The notes under the pieces were generated by a model. That model made no database searches, had not been told where the DNA came from, and worked only from the letters and a program-made list of their open reading frames with translations. 64,000 nt of DNA from the NCBI RefSeq assembly GCF_006345805.1, contig NC_042998.1, positions 44,516,001 through 44,580,000 of the forward strand. Reading direction: 5' to 3'. The stretch's first letter is position 1. The number at the start of each line of letters is the position of its first letter. A program made the position numbers and the translations under genes. Positions 42,162 to 56,813 of the stretch are shown here, piece by piece. This DNA comes from Octopus sinensis (Eukaryota).

Positions 42162-42844
42162 TCTTCTGTATGACCCTTCAGTCCAGACTTTGCCATGATT
42201 GATCGCTAGCCACTATACATTCTTTATTTTCTCTCCTTGTTTCTTTCTGTGGCTCGAAACGTTAAAGACTTTTTCACTTCCCGAGCGTTATACTGATATA
42301 TCTATTTGTTGTCTACACCACCTGTCTTCGTCTTTTGGTTTGTTTTTGTGAATTCTCCGTATATATATACATATATATAGTACAGTTACACTAAAAGCAG
42401 AAATTGCGATATAATTTATCCATTATAACCATCCAAACAAAGCTAGCAATATAAAAGATACCTAGAACAACATGAGCAAACTAACGATTCCCAAATGCAA
42501 TAACAAACCAAATAAAATTTTCCTTAAAGTTCATTTAATGACCATCATGAAATAGCTCTCACTTTATATATTCTGGATTGATAGGCTTTGCCACTACTTC
42601 ATGTGTTAACGTGATACACATTAGAACAGTGGCAAAAGAGCAGAGAGCCTAACACACGTGCTTATTAGCGAAGTGACAAGAATTATATGCTATCCTGTAT
42701 GTGTGAGTATTTCTGCTCGGTTGAAGACATGCGTGATGAAACAAAACATAAATGTCCATTACAACTTTCAAAGACATGGTTCTTTATATAATTAGTTATA
42801 ATTAGTTAATGTAAAATAAAGTAAAACTGCTATATTTTTCTTTA

Positions 42845-45492
42845 ATGATATTAAACTAAAATATATGAGTGGCTAATACACTATTTGAATATGCAGTTCA
42901 ATGTTGGAAAGAAGAATTCATAGGAAGATTATTTGAGATGGAAATCTTCACCAGAAATGCATTTTTGGGGAATTGTAGGCATGCAAAATAAGTTAACAAT
43001 AGGTGACAAAACTTCGATGTATATATATGGGTGAACTAATGTTCAGTCATTTAGATCTCGATAAACAGAGGTCATTGTGATAGAGTAATGGCAAAAGAGA
43101 AACATTAATAGTAGAAACGTTTATTGCATAAAACACACATAGAGAACGATGTTAATTAAAGTAGTCTTTCACAGTGAAGTGGTCTATAATGTATGTAATC
43201 ATAATAGTATGTTTTGTACAAAACATTTTCGTTGAAAAAATGGTATTAAAAAAATGTGGATATTTTCAAATTCATAAATATTTTACTGCTTAGAAATCTA
43301 ACTTTCTTACAGTAAAATAGTTAAGGATTGCCACAGTGATGGATTGTTTTGGTGTATATATCTAAATTGAATTGTTAAAGTATTAAGATGATAATCTTAC
43401 GAATGTGTTATGGAATATTGTTCAGCAATGTAGGGTTCTGTCGGTATTAACTGTATCAATCCGCATTTGGACATACATAATATCGCAGATAAATGCCAAT
43501 TTCCTTTTATAATGTTTCATTTGCTAATATACGAAGGATTCGTTGATGGCACTGTGAAAAAGTTTGAAGACATTAGAATATTGTATTAGCGGTCAGTAAT
43601 GAAGATTAGCGATATACATTAATCCTCGTTTAATCTTCGGGAAAAAAAATCACGTTACCAGTATTTATTGATTTACAACGTTCTGCATAAAGCAAATATA
43701 GTTGGGAATTGGGAATTGCTGCCGATTTAATAGGATGGTATGATTATAAATCAGAATATAAAGGGACGTAATACAATACTGCAAGACACTTTGCCACTTC
43801 TCCATCCATAGCCTTTAAGGATGTATAAAAATATATTCAACATAAAATTTGCAAAATAAAGAATACTTCAATCAATAAGTGCTGTAAATAGTAACTCGAG
43901 AATAATTTCATCGGTAACTCAGTTTTCTTTATGCTTTTTTCTTCCAATAAAATCTCATTTTAATAGTGATTTAGGTATAAATTTCCCAATAAGCTGAGTG
44001 GTAGTAAAATACTACAGTTCATCCTTCAAGTCTTAATACATAACAAGAATATGCTAATATTCTTTTATATAATTGTTTTCCAGGCCAGCTACTTTATGAT
44101 TTATAGCCTGACAATTTAAGAGATAATCCGTTCTTATTTGCTTTCATATATGTGCATACATCATACAGCAGCTCGAAGAAAATGATAAAATTCATTTTTT
44201 CAGTCATCCGTATTAATTGTGTAGATTACATACAAAAGATAGTACGTGCTATCTAAAGAAAATGTCAACAATCAAAGTAAACTGGATCCCATTTTTAGAA
44301 AGTGTGTAATAATGTTAATTTATTTCAAATATGGTCATGAATTTCTTCAAATAGCTTCCTTTCTTACTAAGTAAATGACAATATAATGCGTGACTTCCAA
44401 AACACAATTAACCTTTTCCAAGTTGTTATAAAATCGGATCATGTGGTTGATTTTGTCATTCATCTTTTATATACATATATGAATTCCATTGGTGAACTGA
44501 GAGAATCGTTAGCATGTTGGTCAAAGTGCTTAGCGGTATTTCTCTCGGCTTTACGTTCTGAGTTCAAATACGAACGCTGACTTTGGTTTTCCTCCTTTCG
44601 AAGTCGATAAAATAAGTGTTAGTTGAGCACTGATGTCGACGTAATTGTCTTACCCCACTGTACCAGGATTTCAGGCTTTGTGCCTATAGCAGAAACGATC
44701 GTGGTCTTTTCCGTAGGCTTTTCTTTCCACAGATAAACCTTATCTGCTTCCCCCTTTACACTTTACATCATGACATTTCTGTGATACATGATCCCTATTG
44801 ACCGTTTTTTTCTTTTTCGTTTTTTTTTCTTTCCCCTTTTTTTTCTTTCCCTTTTACGATTCCTTTTAATCGAAAACCTACCCCACTTTTTTTCTCCCTA
44901 ACAAGTAAAGCTCTACTTTGTAATCTGTCCCGTCTGTGTGCAGCCCTGTGTGGCTAATAAAGAAACATATTATACCTTTCCTTAATATTTAAGCTAAAAT
45001 ATATGATTGGCTAATATACTATTTGAATATGCAGTTCAATGTTGGAAAGAAGAATTCATAGGAAGATTATTTGAGATGGAAACCTTCACCAGAAATGCAT
45101 CTCTTTGGAATTGTAGGCATGCAAAATAAATTAACAATAGGTGACAAAATTTCGATGTATATATGGGTGAACTCATGTTCAGTCACTTAGATCTAGAAAA
45201 ACAGAAGTCATTGTGATAGAGTAATGGTAAAAGAGAGACATTAATATTAGAAACGTTTATTGCATAAAACACACATAGAGAACGATGCTAATTAAAATAG
45301 TCTTTTACAGTGTAGAGGTCCATAATGTATGTAATCATAACAGAATGTTTTGTACAAAACATTTTCGTTGAGAAAAATGGTGTAGAAAATGTGGGTATTT
45401 TCAAATTCATAAATATTTTACTGCTTAAAAATCAAACTTTCTTACAGTAAAAGAGTTAAGGATTGCCACAGTGATGGATTGTTTTGGTGTAT
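42845..45492 (+). repeat. ~510-bp direct duplication (42845-43357 and 44985-45492)
   Basis: CTAAAATATATGA.TGGCTAATA.ACTATTTGAATATGCAG...GGATTGCCACAGTGATGGATTGTTTTGGTGTAT twice, scattered substitutions. Confidence 0.92.
44491..44700 (+). mobile_element. SINE family B, diverged
   Basis: GAGAATCGTTAGCATG..GCTTAGCGGTATTTC..TTACGTTCTGAGTTCAAAT..GTCGATAAAATAAG. Confidence 0.8.
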
Positions 45493-47270
45493 TAAAACAA
45501 AATGGTTTCATTTCTTCGGCTGTTAAGTTTTCATTAGCATAGAATAATTAACACATATTTTAATTAACCTTTCGTTGTGGATGCCCGTAGGACAATACTG
45601 ACGGTGACGGTTTAGAACATTTGTTTATGGTTTAATACTGCAGATCTTTTGTAACATTGTCTGGGTGAAAATGAACTCATGAAATGCCACGTTTCATATC
45701 GGCTGAACTAACGTAAAGTATAGCTGTGAGCTAATTCTTGGAAAGATTTAAACGATTTGGCCTTGAACACAACACAGTACTGTCGAGAGAGTATGAACTG
45801 TCACCAGTTGATATGTAAACACTTTGTTTGTCTCACTTGAAACATGCAACAAACTCTTCATTACTTACTTGTAGACGGGCATCTTAACTACTATGCCAGT
45901 TGAGATTCGCTAGACTGATGTACAAATATGTTATACTTTGTATTCTATTCCATTGCACTTTTGCGATTTCATTAAATTAAGATACAGTACCTTATAATTT
46001 ACTTAGCAGACCAAAAATATGACTAAAAAACCTTGAGGACTGAACATATTTTGCATACTTCCTCCAGTCAATTTTTTTTTCCTTTTTCAATAATAATGTT
46101 GATTAATATTGTATTATTTGAAACGTATATCTTTTTCTAAGACTTCAAGCTCTTTATTAAAGGCTGGAGTATTGAAAGAATCGAGATAATACAGTCGAGT
46201 CAACTAACAGTTATATAGATATTATTTAATGAATTCCTGGGGAAGAAAGATGAAAGAGGTTTAGAATGCTTTAACAGTGTTTTATCCAGAGCGTTTTCAG
46301 AAATATAAGGCATGTAATACGATTATCAAATGTAATTTGCGTCGATACCTCAAAGAGAAGTTTCTATAAGTTTATGTTTTGTTTTAAAATATGCATTTCT
46401 TAAATAAGTTCAAAAGCTATGTGCATTACTCCAGTTTTGTATGAACCTAAGAAGACAAGTTTCATTTAAGTTTCTACTAGGAACTTGTTAGGGATGTAAT
46501 ACAGTATCTATATTTCTTTAAAGAGTATCACCAATTTATACAAAGTGAAATACTGCCAAAAATTAATAGCAAAAATTGCCAACGTTCTCTGACTGCTGTA
46601 TAGCTTATCAGACACTTCTAGATATTCATTTTATAGGGATAATTTTGATATCAATATTTAATATTACAAGTAAATAGCACAAATAATTTTTAAAGAATTC
46701 CTCTGTCAAAAGCATTGTATATGATAACCTTTTTGGATGGCTTTATCATAGAGATTACTTTACGACGGAATAATAGTGAAGTTAAATGCCGTTTATAATA
46801 CATGATATTTGATATACTCGCAAACTGTTCATCCTGCCTGGTGTTATGAAATATCCCTTTCCATTTGATATTACTAACACAGGTCATAGACTGAAATCGA
46901 TATAATTCTCATATTTCACTTCATGATTTTTCATTGACCGTCGAGTTCAAGCATTATTTGTTCATAGTTTTATTATTATGTATGATCTACGAGCTTATTA
47001 ACAGATATTTCAGTGCATTCTAATGTCTTACAGTAATTGTTTCGGCGTTTGTAATTTCAAACGTCTGTACATGTTGCACCACTTTTTAGAAATGCTATAT
47101 AATAGCGGACAGGCATTGCAATTGATATGGCCGAATGGATAATATACCGGACTTTGTCATGAATGTTTTAACTTAGTCTTAAAGAATAGTGAAAGAATTT
47201 CCAAGATACAAGTACTTCTTTTAGTATAATTCTTGGTATAGTACCTAGGACCCACCCTCTCCATCTAGAG

Positions 47271-48084
47271 CAGGGGGTTCCAATTTCTTTTTCGCTGTAG
47301 ACCACCAAAATAAGTCATTTTTTCCTGTGGACTACCTCATATTTTAAATTACTCTTTTGGCTTGCCAAATAAACCAGGATGGATTTTTTGTAGATGATAC
47401 AACAATTTTGAGGGTTTCATTGAGTCGTTAGTTAATACATTTGAGCAGATAATGCACTGTGGTCAAAAAGGATCTTCTACACTGGATACAAAACCATATT
47501 TGATATAATCTTCGTGATATCGTCTACAGAATCTTTTTTCCGAGTCGGTGGACGGAGAATTAAGGGAGCGTTTTTTCATATCACAGACAGCAAAATTTCT
47601 ACAGATTACAATTAGACTAACACTTGCGTAAAAATGTATGTACCTGGAGAGATAATACGATATGTTGGGTAAGCTGTAAGAACTGCGGTTTCGTTAGTAA
47701 TCCTCAATTCAAAAGTCAGGTAGAAAACACGATCGCCTTGATCGGCCGAGAACACACAATTTTCTGTGTGATTTTAATGCGCGCAAAAGTGGATCCGATT
47801 GTACGCGTCTGTACCTGTCTGGTACGCGTCTGTACCTGTCTGGTACGCGTCCGTGTATGATTGGATAGCTAATCGTTCAATAGGCAATGAGTACACTCGT
47901 ATGTGCTCAAGCATATGCTATGAGGCATATTTCGTTTGCGTCACATCTGCGTGTATGGAAAATTTTTAATTCTTCAGGTGGACCACAGAAACTTTTCCAC
48001 GAACCATCTGAATTTTCCTGTGAACCACCTGAATTTTCCTGTGAACCACTAGGTAGTCCACATGAACCAGCTTGGGAACTTCTG
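47271..48084. mobile_element. Non-autonomous hAT (Charlie-type) DNA transposon, 814 bp
   Basis: 8-bp TSD ATCTAGAG at 47263-47270 and 48085-48092 (matches the NTCTAGAN preference of Charlie elements); imperfect TIRs CAGGGGGTTCCAA / TTGGGAACTTCTG; 21-bp tandems at 47801-47851 and ~47998-48052. Confidence 0.88.
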
Positions 48085-49401
48085 ATCTAGAGTAAGGAGC
48101 TAAATCTGTAAAATCTTACGGTTCAATACTCCGCTAAAAATCCTGTGAACTCTACATGTTATAGATGAAGAATTATTTTTTTAAAAAGCGCTTCGACAAA
48201 ATTTTATGAGTTACCAGGTGAATCTACATCAAGACAAGAAATGCAAATACAAGTGGCCATCTCCAACTTACTGATCTACGAGAACAAAATACAGAGAGAG
48301 GGGTGTGGAAATGAACTGAAATACACTAGCTATTACAATAAGAGCAGTGCCCAGGCATGGTCACATCGAGTTAATATAATGGTAATGAAATGCACATTAA
48401 GTACATTTACAAAATGTAGAATGACTGTGGCTATGACTTACTTTATATTCTTTTTACCTTATGTTAGTTAAAAATTAATTGTTTCACTTTAGTTTGCAAA
48501 ATTTTGACGCCTGTGTAAACCATATCGAGAGCTTCACTCCTACATTCTTGTCTTAATTCATTTTTTCTGTTCATGTCCTTCAACAGTATGGATAGATATA
48601 CTGTTTTATTTATCTTTCCACTAATTCCAAATGACATAGATATGAAATACCAGTGGTTGTCTATTTACTTGGTCTGACACTATGTTGCTGGCTAACTGGC
48701 TGGTCGGCTGGCTGGCTAGCATTCTGTAATGATTTATTTTTGTCGGCATGATAATTGAAAAGCAATTCTATTGCATTTTTTGATATACAGAAATTATTTC
48801 AACAATGGTTAAAATGTACTACGTTTATTAAGTAGAACAAAGACATTTCGAAGCACTATTTCAATGGAATTTCAACATATTAGGAAGCCAAAACAATGCT
48901 GTTAAATTAATCATACTTTTATTTATTTATTTATTCCTTCGTTTCATCTCATTCGTGTACTTATATGAGATTGACAAGCAAAAAATGTCCGGCCTAATAT
49001 GAGCAAAAAAATAAAAATTAAAAATCAAAATGTTTTATGACTATTATAATTAAAAAGTGGTCTACTTCATTTTGCTACACTCAAAAGCTATGTCCACTGC
49101 AATTGTAAGATTTTTGCATATATATTTAATTCATTTAAGAGTGTATATTATGATTTCATAAGCCATCAATTCGTTTTACTTTGCAAGATGCCGACACGTG
49201 CATAAATATTTTCAGCATAAAATCTCACACCCACCCTCTCATTCTCTCACTATCCCACTCTTGAGACATAATAAATACAATTTTCAACTTCGAAAAAACG
49301 ACCATAACTGGTCTTCAAATGCCATTATTGGAATAAACAAATACACACGCATACTTATACACACATGCACACATATATCTACACACACAGACGCACACAT
49401 G

Positions 49402-49465
<64 letters not shown>

Positions 49466-49611
49466 AATATAAAGAGTGGTCACTATATGGCTCACTCTAG
49501 CACCAGTTAATCCAAAAGGTTTCAACCACAAAAATACATGTTTCCCATGAAAGTCAGTACGATTGCTAGCTCACACGGACAGGGCAAATAAAAATACAAA
49601 AATACAGATTA

Positions 49612-49693
49612 TTTTGGGACAATTGTTTCGCTATTAATGAATTAAATGTAATTTTACTTACAAAAAAATCCACTTGTAGCTCGTCAGCCAAAA
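49612..49693 (-). ncRNA. Type I hammerhead ribozyme, complete core
   Basis: TTTTGG-CTGACGA-GCTA-(43 nt)-TAGC-GAAAC-AATT-GTC-CCAAAA: 6-bp helix I, 4-bp helix II, palindromic ACAATTGT helix III, GUC site. Confidence 0.8.
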
Positions 49694-49715
49694 CTATCTG
49701 GATGAAATCCACTAG

Positions 49716-49797
49716 TTTTGACTGACGAGCTACAAGTGGATTTTTTTGTAAGTAAAATTACATTTAATTCATTAATAGCGAAACAATTGTCCCAAAA
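49716..49797 (+). ncRNA. Type I hammerhead ribozyme, mirror copy with A-C mismatch at the base of helix I
   Basis: TTTTGA-CTGACGA-GCTA-(43 nt)-TAGC-GAAAC-AATT-GTC-CCAAAA. Confidence 0.7.
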
Positions 49798-50072
49798 TAA
49801 TCTGTATTTTTGTTATTTTTTATTTGCCCTGTCCGTGTGAGCTAGCAATCGTACTGACTTTCATGGAAACATGTATTTTTGTGGTTGAAACCTTTTGGAT
49901 TAACTGGTGCTAGAGTGAGCCATATAGTGACCACTCTCTTATATTTATTTTGTAAAAATATTGTAATATATTATAAAATATTATAATAATCCAGGTTTCT
50001 CGGAGCACTAGGCCACTTGGTGTTGAATAGATATACTATTAAATTAGTATCTAATTCTCTCACCCTTATTAA

Positions 50073-50108
<36 letters not shown>

Positions 50109-50389
50109 TTATACATGCATTTATGTATGTATGTATATACATATAAATATATGTATGTATATGCATATATGTGTGTGCGTGCGTGCGTGTGAGCGTGTGT
50201 GAGTGTGTGTGTGCGCGCGTGTGTGTGTATGTGTGTGTGTGTGTGCGTGTGTGTGTGTGTGACCGCGTCTATGATTCAATGACCGGATTTTATCTCATTC
50301 TGATTTTTTTTTTATATATGCATATGCTGATATATGACCTACGTTGGTGAATTTCTTTCTCCATCTTCCCTTCTTTGGACTTTTTCTAT

Positions 50390-50424
50390 ATTTCTGATGA
50401 AGAGCTCAGCTCAAAACGTGAAAT
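50390..50424 (+). ncRNA. Inactivated hammerhead motif (1710-type family)
   Basis: ATTT-CTGATGA-A-GAGC-TCA-GCTC-AAAAC-GTG-AAAT; G12>A and non-cleavable GUG. Confidence 0.5.
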
Positions 50425-50540
50425 CCTCTTTCTTTTCTTTTCTTTCCTTTCCTGAGCGTCCAATAACACAGTACTTGTTCCACGTATTCGTGTTGTTGTT
50501 TTTTCTTGCTTGTTCTTGTTTGTATTGATTATATACACAT

Positions 50541-50602
<62 letters not shown>

Positions 50603-50844
50603 TTTCAGAATCTGATAAAAATCCAAGGTTGTGTGTGAAATAGAGAGTGAAGTTGAGGAATGAAAATATTCGTGAGATATGCAGGGATATTGCATCTGTA
50701 GATCCAATATTTAGGAAGAATGGTATACATATAATATTCCAAACCCTTGTGAATAAGTTTCAATAGAATTTAAAATTGGTCATTCCGAGTATAGAGTTTG
50801 TACAGTGTTATTGTCTGAAACAACAAGTAAAAGAATATAGAGAT

Positions 50845-52480
<1,636 letters not shown>

Positions 52481-52599
52481 CGCTGAAGCCGCTCTGGAGA
52501 TACAGTATAGATTCATAATTGCTGACATTGCCTCCAACCTCTGACTGTTTTTCACCTTTCTCATTTCAGTCTTCACTCTCTCGAACCTACACACACAAC

Positions 52600-53600
52600 A
52601 TATATCATAATTATCCGCATATCTTCGATCCTTCGTTCACTCTTTGTTTCTCTCCCTCCCACAATATATATGCACGCATGTATATATGTACATAACTAAA
52701 ATGCACTCCTGTTTCTCTAATTTATCAAGACAAATGTAGGAGTTGAACAATTGCATTAGTTTTCGACTTTTCTTTTGCTTTTCGACGTCGGAACGCATGA
52801 CGAGTAGATTGTATGTAGCGTGTTCCAACTATAACAAACCCAGTTTTAATGGTTTCAACGGTGAAGGTGGCGTTAAATGGGCGTGCATTGTCATACAACA
52901 ATACCATATGCTTTGGTAACAGACCTCGGCATTTGATACGAACAGCTGGTTTGTTTAATGGCCAGCATTTCTCTGTAGGCTACAATATTGACTCTAAACA
53001 CCTCTCCTAGTTAATGTTCTGGTATGAGTCCCAAAAACAATTAGCACTATATTTTCTACAGAAGGTTGGGTCTTGAATTTCTCTAACGATTTCTGGTGTT
53101 TTCACTCCATACACTGCTTTTTGGATTCTGGCTGAAAGTGTTGGACCCAGGTATCCTCTCCAGTGAATATTCATCCCCAAAGAGCTTCACCTACATCGTT
53201 GCAGCAGTCGCGTAAGCGTTGACAAATTTGTGTTAGACGCTTTGGTAAGCTCTTTTAGCACCCATCTGACACGGGCTTTACGAAAATGCAGCTTTTAGAT
53301 GCAAAACCATCTGTCTCGCTTGTTGAATCTTTGCGTCTTGTAGAGAAGGTTGACGGGCGTTCTGCTTCATCTTCGTTCTTCACGTTTGTCATGTAATTCT
53401 TAAATTTCTCGCTCTATTCCTTGGACACTTCTTCGCAGTCAAGCGCTGCCCCCATATTATACTGAAAACCTGCAATGAATGTCAACCACTGACACCTTCA
53501 GAGCAGAGAAATCGGATCACTGATATCTGTTTTTCGTTGGCGCTCACTACCAGTGGAGCGGTCATGTGTATTCTGTAACTTCAGAAAGAAAAGTGGAACA
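52600..53600 (-). mobile_element. Degraded mariner (DD34D) transposon
   Basis: Minus strand IFTGEDTWVQHFQPESKKQCME (cf. IVTGDETW), KFKTQPS, IKCRGLL..MVLLYDNARP (cf. LLHDNARPH), ARVRWVLKEL (cf. ARWVP). Confidence 0.85.
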
Positions 53601-53944
53601 ATCAATATTAAACCCCGGTTACGTAATCCCAAAACCACGTGAAAAATTTTTGACGCTCCTACGTCTGTCTGTGTGTGTGTATTTGTGTCCTTAGCTTCTA
53701 CTTCCTTTAATAGAAGATAACTCCACCACAGACAATCTGGGTACCCGTCTTATCGACATACGCAGTGCAACTTTTTAGATAACTTCCACAACGAAGAGTG
53801 TTTTTGAGACCAGGATGACCTAAAAAGCGCTTTATGTAAGCATTATAGAAAGTAAGAAAGAATACAATGGTAGCTAATTGTATCCAAACACTTGCTCGTA
53901 TTACACACGACTCACTCATTTTTACACACTTACAGACACACAGC

Positions 53945-54250
53945 CACATATACATACATACATACATAAATACAAACATACAGACATACATACATACTTA
54001 CATATATACATACATACATACATACATATATACATGCATACATGCATACATACATACATGCATACATACATACATACATACATGCATACATACATACATA
54101 CATGCATACATACATACATGCATACATACATGCATACATACATACATACATACATGCATGCATACATACATACATACATACATACATACATACTTACGTA
54201 CGTACGTACGTCCATATAATATATATATATATATATATATACACATACAT
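53945..54250. repeat. (CATA)n/(CATG) array
   Basis: Directly visible. Confidence 0.95.
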
Positions 54251-54518
54251 ACATGTAAACATTCGTCTTTGCTTGTCTATCGCTCTTGATTTTCATTACA
54301 ATTACGTCAAAAGATATCTAAACAGCAACATAGAAACACAGAAAGAAAAGATATATATATATGTGCATGTGTGTGTGTGGGGAGTGTATCTGTTTGTATG
54401 TGTGTGTAAGTGTATGTACATGTTTAAGTAGCAACATTCAAATAGTATGTTTCATAGGTTATAAATCAAGTAGAATTCAGTTCAATAGCGAGACAAGTTA
54501 TTTATATTACAACACATT

Positions 54519-54660
54519 GGCGTGGCTCTACAGTGAGAAGTTTGCTTCCTAGTCACAGGATTCGAGGTTCAGTTGCATTGCTTGGCACCATGGCCAAGTG
54601 CCGATTAAAGCTTGCTGAATGGGTTTAGCAAGCGGAAACTGAAAGAATCTGTCGTATACA
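54519..54660 (+). mobile_element. Degraded SINE family A
   Basis: GGCGTGGCT...AGGTTCAG...GGCACCATGGCCAAGTG...GCGGAAACTGAAAGAA. Confidence 0.65.
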
Positions 54661-54833
54661 TATGTGTTTGAGCATTAGTTTGTTTGTTTGTGTGTGTGTG
54701 TCTGTGACTGTGTGTGAGTGAGTGTATTTGCAGATTGGTGAGCACTCTATGAACACGCAAATCTTTAACGTAATTCTAGGGGAGATTCAGCATGACACAT
54801 AATATGAAAGCTGGTCATTTTTAATTATATGTA

Positions 54834-55672
54834 TGAGGGGGTACCTAAAAGCAACTTGAATTTTGTAATATTTTATTCGCTTAGTTTTACATGTTTACAC
54901 TTTTATTTCCTTCAAAGTATCCTCTATTTAAAGTAAAGCATTAGTCCAGGAGCGTTTTCCACTATTCGAAGCAGTGCTGGAACTCTTGGGAAGTAATGCC
55001 TTTCAACGCCTCTGTCGTTTTTTTCTTCACCTTTTCCAGATCTGCAAATTCCGTAGCACCAGCTTTTATCACAAGTGCTGACCTTCGGAAAAGAGATCCG
55101 GATCAATTTCCAACAATTCTTTCAGTTCCCGACGCGCATTCAGTCGTGACTGCTTTTGATCTTCCGTGAGCAAGCAATGCACATATTTTGCTGCAACTCT
55201 TTTCATTCGCAATTCCTCGCTCAAAATTCGCTGGCAGGAGAACCAGGGAGCACAAGCCACATCAACAAATAAGTCAACTGCTCGGTGACGGTCTTCTAAG
55301 ATCAGTTCCTTCTTTTTCATGATGTTTTCCTTTGTTTGGGAGGTCGACGGTCGTTCTGAATGAGGTTGGTCTTCAAGCGACAAGTAGCCATTCCTAAAGC
55401 ATGGAAATCACTCGTAAACTTGTGTTTTGCTCATGGCAGCGTCTTTGTAATCTGTTTGAAGCATGACACCTGTTTCAGCCGCCGTTTTCGCCAGTAGGAA
55501 AAAAAATTACAACAAAACAAAGACGCACTACCTGGAAGAACGCCTTCACTCGACGACGCCGGTTGGCAGACTGATGAGTGACTGTCGCATGAAGCGGCTT
55601 CTAGTGGCAAAAGCCTGAACTACAACGGGTTTTTCCCACAGGGAACTTTCCAGTTACTTTTGGTTACCCTCA
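54834..55672 (-). mobile_element. Internally deleted mariner with imperfect TIRs
   Basis: TIRs TGAGGGGGTACCTAAAAGCAACTTGAA / TTCCAGTTACTTTTGGTTACCCTCA; peptides KTAAETGVML..AMSKTQVYE, SLEDQPHSERPSTS, MKRVAAKYV..LLTEDQKQSR, KVSTCDKSWCYG fused to EFQHCFE*WK..GYFEG. Confidence 0.9.
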
Positions 55673-56813
55673 TGTACAACACATTTTTGCTGGGTGGACT
55701 GGAGCAACGTGAAATAAAGAGTCTTGCTCAAGGATACACCGTCCGCAAGGAATAGAACTTATGACGATCGTGAGTCGAATACCCCAACCACTAAGCCAGA
55801 CCTACGATACACACGCACGCATAACTACAAACGTTGATATATACGTAATAGATTGTATGCACTGTATGTGTACTTCGATATCAATTTGAATGCGTATTTA
55901 TATATTCGGCGTGTCTGTGATTGTACATTTGTGTACATGTGTATTTCATAATTTGGCCTTGTTACAAAATAAATTTTAAACTGATCATGAATAATAAACG
56001 AACAATCAATATTATAACCCAAGTCCGTCTGATTTACCTTCAGAGCAGCCATGAATACGCATATTTTCTAAGTCCCACAATTTATATATGCGTTAGCATC
56101 TCGAAAAGTTTTTCTAGCGATAAATAGCTGCGAACGAGAGACAACACATAACATAAAACAGTATTTAATTATATGCAAGAAGATATGTCTTGCTATAACA
56201 CTGTAGAAGATTTATTTAATAACATACTAGTCTGTTAATTTCAATTAAAATTTGAATTTATAACATGTCGTGTCAAAGTTTCTTAATTACGGTAGAACTA
56301 CGCAAGTGACCAGTTCATAGAAATTTTGACAGCTTATGAAAAGAAAAGATTTTAAGAGATTTGGACATCTTTGTGCGATACTAAAAGTTTCTGTCACAAT
56401 GTAGCTGCTTCAGTTCCAACACAGTCACTAGCTAAACAATTTGAACGCTGAAATGCATAGATAGTCTTGTTCTCATTTAATTATTTTCATACTGATGGCT
56501 ATATGTAATTGTGATGATGTATTATTGAGTGAAATGGAACGAGGCGTAATGAAGTAGATAGTTCAATTTTTGGTATGGAAATCACTGAAGTGTAACATAT
56601 GCAAACTTAAAGTTGAATATGTATTGGTGTTATTCTCTACCTCAAAATATTAAGTAATTTTTGCGCCTAATTGCGATTCATACAAGCGTAAAGCAGCATT
56701 TCGAAATACAGTTATACTATAAATGTGTTAGCATTGATATATATAATATATATATATATATAATAATATATTATATATATATACACACACATATATTATA
56801 TATATATATATAT

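Larger units (their letters stand above)
49460..50080. mobile_element. Palindromic hammerhead-bearing element: inverted arm 49460-49696, 16-nt spacer, direct arm 49713-49951, 129-bp tail
   Basis: ~238-bp arms with only ~4-5 differences; centre TGGAT-GAA-ATCCA; embedded in (TA)n. Confidence 0.93.

Noticed and set aside
42720-42750. TTGAAGA..GAAAC, and GATT/AATC-GAAAAC at ~44857-44880
   Set aside because: Core incomplete and no helix I or cleavage triplet
42845-45492. LTR retrotransposon interpretation of the 510-bp direct repeats
   Set aside because: No TG..CA ends, PBS, PPT or internal gag/pol
48215-48471. Open frame ESTSRQEMQIQVAISNLLIYENK... with AG/GT boundaries
   Set aside because: No recognisable homology and a weak acceptor; cannot be supported without RNA-seq or BLASTX
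55574-55600. CTGATGA followed by a short stem in the mariner 5' region
   Set aside because: No GAAA, helix III or GUH site; not a hammerhead
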